A DNA stretch of 64,000 nt from Macrostomum lignano (Eukaryota), in assembly GCA_002269645.1 (NCBI GenBank), contig NIVC01000901.1, forward strand, positions 76,173 through 140,172, read 5' to 3'. Both the position numbers and the translations under genes were made by a program. The notes under the pieces were generated by a model. The model was not told the DNA's origin and searched no databases. It saw only the letters and a program-made list of their open reading frames with translations. Below, piece by piece: positions 23,774 to 35,771 of the stretch (within the stretch, counting starts at the first letter, position 1; the number at the start of each line of letters is the position of its first letter).

Positions 23774-24921
23774 GTTATAATCTTAAATTATAAAGAATAT
23801 GCTCCTACCTTAAAAAAACATTTTTAGTCCTGGCATATAAACATGGTTTTATACTTTTTCCCTGTAGTAGATAACTAAAACTATTTTTGTACTTGCAGAT
23901 TAAAATAGAATTGAAAAGTGATTCTTGCTAATACTATTGCTGTACTAGACCTAGGGTATATTAATATAGATCTAAATTATGTTATTTAACCTATTTCTAA
24001 CATAATATCCCTTTTAATAAATACTTGGTTATAATACTATCAATAGTCAATACTTCTAACATTTTATGTTAAAATTTATTTAACTAGCCCTATGTGTTAG
24101 TGAAAAATTACCTCAATGATACTTTTCAAGACTTCATTTACACTATACTTATAGTCAGGAAAGTGGTATATGTATGCCATAATTAAATTCAAGAAAAGTC
24201 CCTATGTATGCCAAGTATGTTAAAAATTGTAAATGTGACTGTTATATATGCCAAAATTTTAAAATTATGGAACTTTGTCTTTACTTTTGCATTAAAAAAA
24301 TAATGGACTTTTTTCTATTGTTATGTTTGATATTTATAGATACATTATAATAAAATAAGTTGTGTCTATTTCTTTTTTATAAATAACTTGCAATAATGCA
24401 AAGTTCTATTATTTAAATTCTTTAAAATAGCAATGTTATTATATCCAAATAATAATATTTTTTTATTTGCACTCCCATAATCCATCATCTTTTAACTCTA
24501 AAAGTTTTTTTTGAAATGCTTTTCTTTGTTATAGAAACTTGCACTTAACCTATTGCAATAAAGCTATGATTCTATAATATAGGTTTTTTTTAAATAAACT
24601 AGATTTCTATCTAACTAAAAATATTTGTATTGTATTAGTTATCTAAAGTATAATTACTAGCAATCTAGTGCCCCCCTTTGGGGTGCCAAATAAGTAAGGA
24701 GCAAAAATTATTCATGCAAATCTATTAAAGAAGCATATTTTTTAGAACCAATTTTTTTTTCAGTTTATAGATAACCTCATTCGAGTAAAATTGTAAAATG
24801 TGAAAATTGTAAAATGAACAAAGATGTTTGCTATGAATATCTTTTGTCTAAAAAACAAAGTATACAATATTTAACATAAAGCCCTCATATAGATAATAGG
24901 CATTCCCCAGATGGCAAGCAT

Positions 24922-25367
24922 CCCTATTGGAATAAATGTTAAAAACCCGCGGACGCGCGCTTTAGAAAAGAGTCAAACTATTTTACCGCGCTTTAGGATT
25001 ATTAGAGATGTTCCGAAAGATCTGCAGTTTCGTTGAAATCAAAATTTGCTAACTTTCCAAAATTTTAGCGACTTTTTAGACACTACCAAAATTTTCACTT
25101 CTAAATTTTATTTCGAAATTGAAATTTGCTCTAAAAAATTTCAAATTTTGGAAAATTGAAATTGAATTTTCGGAACATCTCTAAGCTTAATAAGCCCCTT
25201 CAACAGAGGTATTATACCCATTTCCATGTATATGTATTTGCTAGAGCAGCAGCCAATAAGAAAGGGCAGCACGCGCAGGCACTGCGCCTGTGCACGCGTT
25301 GCGCTTTAGAAAAATTTCAAAAGTGCGCCGGACACCGTCCGCGGTTTTACAACTTTTTCCTATAGGG
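24922..25367. mobile_element. Same DNA transposon family, copy 2 (internally deleted)
   Basis: Same ends; TSD GCAAGCAT at 24914-24921 and 25368-25375. Confidence 0.88.
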
Positions 25368-25789
25368 GCAAGCATTGCTCCTCTCCCCCCCCCCCCAAGA
25401 TAGCAAGCATCTCTCAATAGCAAGCAACCCCAGATAGCAAGTATCTAGTTCAACAACTTTTTCAGCTTTAAATAGGCTCCTTTATGTTTGGCATGACACT
25501 TATTTTATATATGAAATAATGTCTCTTTTATGTTTCACACAAGCTGTTGAAACCTGCAGATTTTGAACCTGGGGAATTCCAATCCCTGAAACTACTTTTG
25601 CATACATTCTGAAATCTAAGGCCATATATAAACAAAAACTTGTTAATAGTTTGTAGGATAGAGGTAGACATAAAATGGAGCACATTTGTGTAAAATTAGG
25701 GTTTGAGGCAAACATTGATATTGTTGGCTGGGGTACTCTGAAGAAAGTCAGGCAATGTCTGTCAGACTCTAAAACATGTATTGGCAAAC

Positions 25790-26195
25790 TCTGGCCTCTC
25801 CCTGACTCTCCCTACATCTCTCAGATCCTTTAAAATTTCTATCGTCTCTTCTGTTTCCTTTCTTCTCTCTCGTCCCTTGTCTCTCCTCTCTCTTCTCTCC
25901 TCTCTCCTCTCTACTCTTCGTTTTTTCTCTTCTCTCCTCTCTACTTTTCGTTTTCTCTCTCCTCTCCTCTCTCCTCTCTTCTCTCATATCTTCCCTCATC
26001 TCTCTTCTCTTTCATCTCTCTTATCTCATCTCTTGTCTCTTCTCTCTACTCTTTCCTTCCTCTCTCCTCTCTACTTTTCGTTTTCTTTCTTCTCTCCTTT
26101 CTCCTCTCTACTTTTCGTTTTCCCTCTCTTCTCCTCTCTCCCCCTCTTCTTTCGTCTCTTCTTTCTCCTCTCTATTCTTTTCTCTCTTCTCTTAA

Positions 26196-26274
<79 letters not shown>

Positions 26275-26830
26275 TCTCCTCTCCCATCTCTCTTCTCCTC
26301 TCTCCCCTCTTCATTCTCCTATTTCCTCTTCTCTCTACCTGTCTTTCCACTCTCCTCTAGTCTCTGTAATCTCTTCTCTCTTATCTCTCCTCTGTTCTCT
26401 CTACTCTCCCATCTCTCGTCTGTTCACCCTCATCTCTGCTCTCTTATCTGTCATCTTTACTCTCTTATACGTTCTCTCACTTATCTCCTGAGTACTCTTT
26501 TCTTTCACCTCTTCTGACTCCTCTCTTTCCGTACTCCTCTCTTCTTTTCTCTTCCCTCTTCTATACTCTCTCTCCTCTATTATCTTCTCTCGTCTCTCTG
26601 CACTCTCCTCTCACCTTTTTCATCTCTCATCTTTACTCTCTAATCTCTCATTTCATTTGTCTCATCTCTACAATCTCATCTCTCCTTTCTCCCCTCTTCT
26701 TACACCCCTCTCTTTTCTGCTCTCTTCTCACCACTTGTCGAGAGACAATCTTCCATATTTTCTCTAATGCCCCTCTCGCCTCTCCTCTCTTCTAATAGTC
26801 TATTCCTTCTCCTTTCCACTCTCATCTGGC
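25790..26830. repeat. ~1-kb CT-rich polypyrimidine tract with (CT)n core
   Basis: Almost purely C/T on the plus strand; (CT)n at ~26196-26270. Confidence 0.9.
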
Positions 26831-27179
26831 CCGCACATAAGCTGGATTCTTTATCTGGCTTTTGAAGTAAAAGTCTGCCAATCCCTACTTCGAAAGCCAG
26901 TAGCCTCTCCACGGGGGTGCAGAGAAGGCTATAAAAAGTTATTCCAAAACACTGTACATTGCCATGTACATTCAGTCCTATCGCCTGACCCTTCGTCTGG
27001 CTCTGGGGGAATGAGTGAGTGAGTGGCACAAACAACAGAAAAAGCAGACAAATTTCACATGCTTACAGTTTCTGTTCTGATTGAGTTAGAGAGTTGAAAC
27101 TTTTGGGGTGGCTGTCTTGCTTAAAAAAGCAGCCCAACTTTAAAAGTGCATAGCGCTGTTCAGGATTAACTTTGAGATT

Positions 27180-27485
27180 CGAAATTTTACACGATTGTGT
27201 CAAAATAGTTGAAGATTGTGTGTCAAATTTGAAGAGGATTGGTAAAACTGGAGCGGCGCTATGTAGGATTTAGTGAAAAAATCGCACATTTTAAGCAGTT
27301 TTTTGCACTTTTAGGTAGGAAGACTTGAGTCTAGGAAATTTTTAGGTAGCCTAAGACATTCTCCATAGTAAGTTTAGGGTGGGTGTAAAGTTTGGTGTAA
27401 TTTGGTTGAGTGGTTTGGGAGTCCATAGCGATCAAAATTGTCCACAGACAGACAGACAGAGTTTTGATTTTTATAGTTAGAGATG
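27180..27485 (+). mobile_element. Possible Helitron/Helentron-like non-autonomous element 3' end
   Basis: Ends with (CAGA)n followed by TTTTATAGTTAGAGAT. A similar architecture (CATACAAAC...TTTTAGTATATAAGAAGAT) occurs at ~32360-32507. Pattern-level evidence only. Confidence 0.3.
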
Positions 27486-27489
27486 ATGC

Positions 27490-27800
27490 TTCTATTGTGT
27501 TTGACCTGAAGCTTCTTTTATGTTGTGCATGGTGCCTCTTTCCTGTTTTATGTGGTGCCTCTATTATACTTGACATGGTGGCTCTTTTATGTTTGAAGTT
27601 GTGTATTTTTTATGTTTGACATGGTTGCTCTTTTATGTTTGACATGGTGGCTCTTTTATGTTTGAAATAGTGGTTCCTTATGTTTGGCAGGCATGAGGCT
27701 TATTTTATGTTTGAAATGGTGTCATTTTTATGTTGGAGATGGTGCCTATTTTATGTTTAACATGGTGGCTCTTTTATGTTTGACATGGTGACTCTTTCAT
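27490..27800. repeat. Degenerate ~23-bp tandem repeat
   Basis: TTTTATGTTTGACATGGTGGCTC-like units. Confidence 0.75.
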
Positions 27801-29203
27801 GCTTTACATGGTGCTACTGTTATATCAAACATTGCACTTCTTTTATGGTTATCATTTTTGTGTTTAAGTTATAAAAAAAATTTTGCACTACTACTAAGAT
27901 TCGAACTGAGGTTAGTACATTAGCAGTTTAGTCTATTTGCATCTAGGCTATCTTTTGTCAATTGGAAAACATGAATTGTGGCCCTTATAATTTAATACTT
28001 ACAGCAAATTGGTTAGAGTAAAAGTCATGAAATAATTAATTTCTCAATTAGCCAGTATTAGTTTCAATTTAAGTTAGCAATATAGTTACACAATTTCAAT
28101 CAAGTCATGCGCTATGTTTTGACACTATATTTTTAACACAGCAAGGCAATAAAAGTCAGTAAATTTAGCCAATACAAACATACATGCGCAACCTCCAAAA
28201 TTTGGTCGGCTGTGCGACTTAGTTTTAACAAAATGCGACATAGTTTTTGGCTAAAAATGCAACTTACATGTAAAAAAAGCCCAAAAGCAAAATTAATGCA
28301 ACTTTGGGTAAACAGCAGGAGTAACTATGACTGTCTTATAAAGCCAAAATGCCTCGTCAGCTACTTAGTACTACCACTGGGTTTTTGGGTGGGCATTTTT
28401 TGCAACTTCCTTGGTTGGCCGACAAATCAGTCAGCTGGATTGGCTGACTTGGCTGCATGTATGAATACAAAGACAATAAATAAATACAATATGGCTACAC
28501 AATCTCAATCAATTCTTATATGCTTTTTTGATATTATTTTCAACTTGTTGTAACGCAATCTTTATCAAAATCTGAATTCAATTAGGCAGTTTTTCTTTAG
28601 TATTTTTACAATGAATTTCAAGTCAAAAAGTCTGTTTAACCTTTGCAAAAAAGCATATTTTTCAAATATTTAATCCCTTTAGAATTGAGCCATTTTAGCC
28701 CCGATGCATGCCAGTATGTGGATCATGTACCCATTTATGCTGGAAAAAATTCAGGCATCAAGGACTTTGTATGCCAGTATACGCCAAAAACAAAAAGTTG
28801 CACTAAAATGTATACGAAAAAATCCTAGAGTTTTCTAAGTAAGGCTTTTGTATGAAAAGTGTTTTTAAAATATTACAAATATTTTCAATTTGAAAAAACT
28901 TAAATTATACCTATAAAAATGATGCAAAATTTATACTCTTAGCAAAAATTTACACTAATTTTATTTATTATTAATTTAAAAGAAGCAAAAAGTTTATCAC
29001 TGACAATATAAATTTTCCTTCACTTTACATAAAAACATTACTTTACATTATAATTTTCATGCATGGCATGAATTTATTCACCAAAATTTGTATGCCAAAA
29101 AGTATGCGTGGCTGTGTTACTTGTGTACGCCAATAGTGTATGCCAACAAAGCATGCCAGGGGTTGTGTATGCCAATTGTGAACACCAAGGACTTAGGGTG
29201 GCC

Positions 29204-30076
29204 TAGAGATGTTCCAAAATTTTGATTTTGATTTTGATTTTCCGAAATTCGGATTTTTTTAGAGCAACTTTCGATTTATCGGTGATATTATACAATTTTT
29301 ACATGTAAAACTGTTTGAATTTGTTAAAACTGTTCCATGCATGTAGGACATGTAACATGGTAGTTTGTACATGTGGAACTGTAAATTTTCGTAAATTTTG
29401 TTGCACTTTAAAGCTGCAAAAGCATCTGCTGATATATTGCATATTTTTTGCATTTTACAGTATATATGTGTACATTTACCATACATGTACATGCATTATT
29501 GTTTACACGATCTCAGTTATTGCTAGTCATGCAGTACTAATACATATACATTTTAACTGTACATTTTATACATGTACAACTCAGTATACACCCTATACCC
29601 TACCGCCTAGATGGATAAAGGCAGAGAAATTTGTTTTGTCTAGCAGGGAAAAGGCGCACTTTGCTGCCATGCTTTAATACTGTCTAGGCCTAGTAATGCA
29701 ATATACGCGCCTTAGTATTTCTTTTAAAGGCACTAGTTCAAATAAATTACTTAACTAAATAATATCTCGCAAATAATATCTCATACTTACAGTATATGTA
29801 GTTTTCGCATCGAAAAATTTTTTTGTATTTAAATGTGGCAATGAGGGATTCTACTTATTTAGTGGCCAAAAAAAACGAACTTCTGCTAAACATACATGTA
29901 TTTTGTTTTGCATGAGCAGTAAATCAAAAGTAGAAAAGTGAGTGTCAGTTGTACTAAACATTGTTTTTCTAAATTACAATTTTGGAAAATTTCAATTTCG
30001 ATTTTGATTTTGGTAAGTAGCGAATTTTGATTTTGATTTTGATTTTGACAGAAAATTTGCTTTTGGAACATCTCTA
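29204..30076. mobile_element. hAT-like non-autonomous element (TIR TAGAGATGTTCC, 8-bp TSD)
   Basis: TAGAGATGTTCCAAAA ... TTTTGGAACATCTCTA; TSD GGGTGGCC at 29196-29203 and 30077-30084. Confidence 0.88.
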
Positions 30077-30720
30077 GGGTGGCCGTTTTGTATGCCGGAA
30101 AAGTTCCGGCGTATATGGCGAAATCCAAAAATGTGGGATAAAATGGTAAAACAAATCTGCGGACATTTGATGGAAAGTAATGTATCTAAAAAAGGTTTTT
30201 GAAAGATAGATAGGTCTTTAGAAAATAGTTCTGGATAAAAAGTATTGTTTTCATGTTTTATATTGTTGAATAAATAAGATAAAACCACAAAAAAGCATTT
30301 TGAAAGTTTGAGTTGACTGATTTGCTATTTTTTTCTTCACTTTTTTCATTATTAAACAATTAATTTTAAGACTTGTAGGCCTTAGAGAAGGCTAATTTTT
30401 TTACTACTTACAAAACAGAAAGTAATCTGTGTTTTACTTTTTATTCAATTCAAAAAAATGAAGTATTTCTAAGGATTTCAAAGTTTTTCTAAAACCATAT
30501 AAACTTGCAAAAATTCATACTAATAGAAAGTGCAAAGTTTGCCAGCAAACATCTTTCTCTAAAAGTAAATATGTCGCTAATTCCTTGTTGCAAAATAATC
30601 TTTATGTTGTTCTTTTCATTTAAATATCAATTTGCATAGTATTAGTATTTGTAATATGCCTATATTTAGACAAAAATTTTGGGTAAAAAATGGTACCACA
30701 AAATGTGAACCCGGCATATA

Positions 30721-31230
30721 AATCAGATGCTTACTATATGCTCATTAAGCGACGAAGAACAATGAAATTACACTAAAACATGTATCATCGCGGCATGTAT
30801 GCAGGAAAAAAAATTTTCTAAATTGCTTTAGTAGAAGCTGAGTAAAATGCAATTTTTCAATCCTTATGGGAATTCCAATGTGTTACCCAGCTTCCAAATC
30901 AGATGCTTACTGTATGCTCATTAAGCGACAAAAAACAATGAAATTACACTAAAACATGTATCATCGCAGCATGTATGCAGGAAAAAAAGAATTTTCCAAA
31001 TCGCTTTAGTAGAAGCTGAGTAAAATGCAATTTTCCAATCCTTATGGGAATTCCAATGTGTTACCTGGCTTCCAAATCAGATGCTTACTGTATGCTAATT
31101 AAGCGACAAAGAACAATGAAATTATACTAAAACATGTATCATTGCGGCGTGTATGCAGGAAAAAAGAATTTTCCAAATCACTTTAATAGAAGCTGAGTAA
31201 AATGCAATTTTCCAATCCTTACGGGAATTT
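30721..31230. repeat. ~177-bp tandem repeat, 3 copies
   Basis: AAATCAGATGCTTACT starts at 30721, 30896 and 31074. Confidence 0.9.
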
Positions 31231-31645
31231 ATATGTTTAAATAATAAACTTATGTTGAATACAATTTATTGCAAACAAACTCTACAAAATACACGTTGTC
31301 AAGAGTAACGAAAGTGATAAACAAATAAACCCTTGAAAATAATGTTAAATATGTTGTAGAATTATAGAGTGTAACATTATAAGATAGTTAAAGTTAATAA
31401 AATATATTATTATAGCTTTTCTATCATTTTCATTAGACTCATTTTAGGTCATAATTAAACTCACCATTTTAACAAATCATTTTATTAAAAATAAAGCTAT
31501 ATGAACATAATTTGTGCTTTAATAGACTTTTTTACCTTTTAAAAACTTGAATAAATTTATTTTATAGCTTTATTGCTTTCAAATTGCCAAAAAACGAATT
31601 TTCATAAAACTTGCCCCCAATTTTTGGATTTCACCATATGCATAC

Positions 31646-32344
31646 CAAGGACGACTTAAGTAGAAGGACGGGAAACCTCGTTTCTTAGAAAATTTTTGAA
31701 GGCACTTTTTCCTGAAAAAAATACACTACGGAGATAGGAAATTTTCATTTTTTCAGCACAAAAATTGCTATTACTTTTGATAGGAGGCAGATCCAGTGCT
31801 CATCTTTTGCTATGTTGTGCCTTTTTTATTGCTCTATCGATATTTATAAAGCTTTTAGTTCAGAAAATTAGGATTCTATGTAAATTTTTTATTCTCAGTA
31901 TATTTTCACGTGTCTTGTGATTGAAATACATTAGAATGCCACAGCTCGGCTCTTTGGTTTTAGAAGTCTATTTTATCATTCTTAACTGACTGTTTAGCAA
32001 ATATTCGTAACAGAGATGATAAAACAGGTTCATAAAAGCAAACATTGGAGCTGTGTCATGCATTTTTGTGATTTTCAGATATAGGAAATGTATGTAGAAT
32101 AAAAAATTGACATATAATCCTAATTTTCTGAACGAAAAGCTTTATAAATATCAATAGAGCAATGAAAAAGGCACAACATATCAAAAGATGAGCACTGGAT
32201 CTGCCTCCTATCAAAAGTAATAGCAATTTTTGTGCTGAAAAAATGAAAATTTCCTATCTCCGTAGTGTATTTTTTCGGGAAAAAGTGCCTTCAAAAATTT
32301 TCTAAGAAACGAGGTTTCCCGTCCTTCTACTTAAGTCGTCCTTG
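31646..32344. mobile_element. P-element-like foldback MITE (CAAGG ends, ~250-bp TIRs, 8-bp TSD)
   Basis: CAAGGACGACTTAAGTAG ... CTACTTAAGTCGTCCTTG; TSD ATGCATAC at 31638-31645 and 32345-32352. Confidence 0.88.
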
Positions 32345-32650
32345 ATGCATACCATCTACAACCTAGGATGCATGTACTGTCAAGAAAATTTTTGATCAAA
32401 TGGTGCAAGTTTGAAAAAAATTGGTTCAGCTTTTTTTTTCTAATCAATAGCATACCCATATACATACAAACAACTCATTTTTAGTATATAAGAAGATAAA
32501 TATAAGATTTATCTAGTGTCTAGTGACAGGGTCTAGATTGCAAATAGTGCATGTTAGAATGCAAATCCCATCTTAGCAAAAATGACTCCTAAAAAGTCAT
32601 TCATACCATCAACTTTGCAAGTTTCCTAAGAAAAAAATGAAATGCCTCAC

Positions 32651-32813
32651 CACTTTCAAAAGCACTGATCCATATTTTTACAGTCTGCTGTGCATAATCT
32701 TTGTGGTTGAAAAATGCAGTTGTCAGTCCATAAATGCTATCTTTATCATTGACGAGTGTTAGCAACTTCTGTTGAAACTTTTTTGGATCAAATTTAATAG
32801 AGCCTTTGCCCAT
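32651..32813 (-). CDS. RPRD2: RPRD2 orthologue, exon 1 (CID N-terminus)
   Basis: MGKGSIKFDPKKFQQKLLTLVNDKDSIYGLTTAFFNHKDYAQQTVKIWISAFES G|gtgagg; phase 1 matches exon 2. Six exons total 1887 nt = 628 aa + stop. Confidence 0.8.
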
Positions 32814-33899
32814 GACAAAGTCAAGACTCAAGAATTCGAATTTTTTCAACTACCACAAATAAATACTGCTAATTGTTTAACACAAATTTAATTTTAAGTC
32901 AAGGGTCGATACAGACGACACTTAATAAGAAACAGAACAGTGGCAAAACTACACAAGTGATGTCCGTCGCGATCACTGCAATCAATTAGGTTTGACACGA
33001 CGATGATCTCAGCGTTTATAAGTAATAAAAAAACACAACAGACTTTAAATGTTTTCACTAGTATTAACAAATCTTTAAGTTTTGCTAGTGCTCAAAATGT
33101 TTCTCTTAATCCTAAGGCTAAATTGTGCAGCAAAAACAAATTTAAAGCTAATATGAAAGTTAAACCTTAAATATGTTTTTTTCCGAAGTTTTTTTGAGTT
33201 TTTTTGATTTTTGAGTTATGTTTAATCTGGGCCTGTACGTGCATTTAGGTACATTACGTACATTTACTTAAGTTATTGACTCTTAAGTCTTATGCAGGCT
33301 ACACCTGAAACGGCGACACATGAAATTATTATTACTTTAGTGCTTTCAATTTTTACTACTATACATATATTAAAAACACTAACACGTTACGCGTTATGTA
33401 GTTATGTAGTTACGCGTATCCACCTTTCTAGAAATTTCCGTATAAAAGACATTTTAAATTAGGCAATGTAAACTCCGCGCACATGCTTTCCGAATACTCC
33501 CGAACTCTAGAATTTTCTATGAAATTATTATAAAAAGCATGTATAGCAGCTAGCGCATCCCCGACATTGTACTCGTAATTGATCAGTAGCTTTTCCATGC
33601 GTAAAGCTGTTGAACAAACACTAACCCGAAGAACAACCGCCTCTATATCTCATTCATTTCAGCTCACTACAATAGTACAGCCTCGAGCTGCTGAAGGTAA
33701 ATTCTTCCTCGGACTTTTGAGTAAACCATATGCAAGAGGGCCGGGTCATCGAGAGGTAACGGCAAACCGGCCATACTGTACATGCATGGCAGGCAGTGCA
33801 GTCCTCAGGTAATGTAATAATGAGTCGATGAAACGCTGAAAAACTTTTGCGTCATTTCGGAGCCCAAGGGCATATCGAGTCTATCAGATACATTTACTT

Positions 33900-34450
33900 T
33901 AAAAAGACCGAAAGGTGTGTTGATTGCTGTCCTTGGAAATTGTGATTACATGTAGATGCTCGCACTAGGAATTTAGACCAGTTTCCTTGAGGTCGCGTTG
34001 AGCAGTGCGAATATAGCAAGTGAAGCTCTGAATTTTCAGTACTGCATGGGTAGTGTAGCTATCTTGTTAAGGGCGCGGTAGTCGCCACATGGTCGCGCCA
34101 TTTTCCCGTTGTGTCTGCCGTCCGACTTTTTTGGTTACCATGTGGAGTGGTACATGATGCCCACGAGTTCTTGGATAGTCAAATATAGCCGGCGTCGATC
34201 AGCTATTGGAATTCTTCTCCAGCTGCAGCTGCTGGTGGGGTCTGGCGTGTAGGCCGGTTGTTGGTTGCTGGTGTCGATTCGATGCACTGTGCGATCGTGC
34301 TAAACCATATATCGGCAGGCGGGAGTCGGCTTCCCTCCACGTAGGCGAAGGTGTCCAGAAAGCGGTAGATCAACTGCCTGATTATTGTGCCGCAGTCTGC
34401 CGGGATAGACTGGTGTGACGGTCGGTAAAAGATGGAATGCTGCCGAGGAT
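33900..34450 (-). mobile_element. Decayed Ty3/Gypsy reverse transcriptase fragment
   Basis: Manual translation across stops and shifts: LIDAGYI, PLHMVTKK, RPCGDYRALNKI, TPFG. Confidence 0.7.
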
Positions 34451-35094
34451 GGTCACAATTCTGGCGTATGGAGTTACGTCACAGCCCGCGGACACTTTCT
34501 ACTTAAACAAATTACTAATTAATTAAGTGATGATCAAACAATTTAGTAGCTACAGATTCCATACAATTAGAAGAGCGCACCTGTATTTCGGTACAATTGC
34601 ATGTATGACTTACTTAAAAAATTAACACACTATAGCTACTATAATGATCTTTCCCCGTGAATTGATTATGCATGGTTATGCAACCATGCTAATTAACCTA
34701 CATGTTTGAACCGTTAGATTGACGCATGAGTGCTGAACATTGTACTGAGAACCTATAGCGAAAGTCAAGCAATTTATGAAAAATTGATGCACTGTTTCAG
34801 CAGTGGAAATTCTTTAGAAAATTTTGAGCGGGTCTCTTCAAATGTTAAATAAAGTAGTGATTCCTTGCAAATACTGTAGCTGCAGCTAACCAGTGTTTAG
34901 ACAGCTGTGCAACAGGTTTTCAGTTCTCTTGTTTACCAAAGGTAAACTGAAAGGAAGTTTCTTAGTCAAGTGCTCGAAGTATTTACCTAGTAAACAAGGA
35001 TATAGGAGCCTACATACACTTAAAACTAGGAGGAGATGTAAATTCTGAAGAATTCTGAAAAAACTTTGTAATGTACATGTATGCGATGCATCTG

Positions 35095-35460
35095 CTAAAG
35101 CCCCTTGGTGCTAAAGCCCCTTGGTGCTAAAGCCCCTTGGTGCTAAAGCCCCTTGGTGCTAAAGCCCCTTGGTGCTAAAGGCCCTTGGTGCTAAAGCCCC
35201 TTGGTGCTAAAGCCCCTTGGTGCTAAAGCCCCTTGGTGCTAAAGCCCCTTGGTGCTAAAACCCCTTGGTGCTAAAGCCCCTTGGTGCTAAAGCCCCTTGG
35301 TGCTAAAGCCCCTTGGTGCTAAAGCCCCTTGGTGCTAAAGCCCCTTGGTGCTAAAGCCCCTTGGTGCTAAAGCCCCTTGGTGCTAAAGCCCCTTGGTGCT
35401 AAAGCCCCTTGGTGCTAAAGCCCCTTGGTGTTAAAGCCCCTTGGTGCTAAAACCCCTTGG
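35095..35460 (+). repeat. 16-bp tandem repeat (AAAGCCCCTTGGTGCT)n
   Basis: ~22 near-identical copies. Confidence 0.95.
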
Positions 35461-35771
35461 CCCTCTCAATATCCGTTATAATCTTTGTTCAGAATGAAAA
35501 GCCTGCGCACAGAAATACGAGCGTATGTTGTCATGCAGAGCGTTCTAACAAATAGATCGATGCTGCAATTCTAACAAAGTATACTTTTGTTAGAACGTTG
35601 AACTCCCAATTTGATTGGCTGAGACGGAACAGGCCCCTATTTTCAGTTTTAGAGTGGGTATATATCTCCAGTCCATGTAAAGTTAACATCCTGCTCAAGC
35701 TGAACGGGAACAATTAATTATAGCCATCCTCCGATTTTTGAGCACACACCACACAAAATCGTTATTGAGTT

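Noticed and set aside
26700-27035. 111-aa ORF as a missing RPRD2 exon
   Set aside because: Exon 1 joins exon 2 in phase and completes the CID without it.
27890-27955. tRNA-Ser(GCT)-like sequence on the minus strand (TAGCCTAGATG..CTGCTAA..AGTTCGAATC)
   Set aside because: Stems do not pair properly; at most a decayed tRNA or SINE remnant. The tRNA-like heads at 49.2 and 50.5 kb are SINEs, not tRNA genes.
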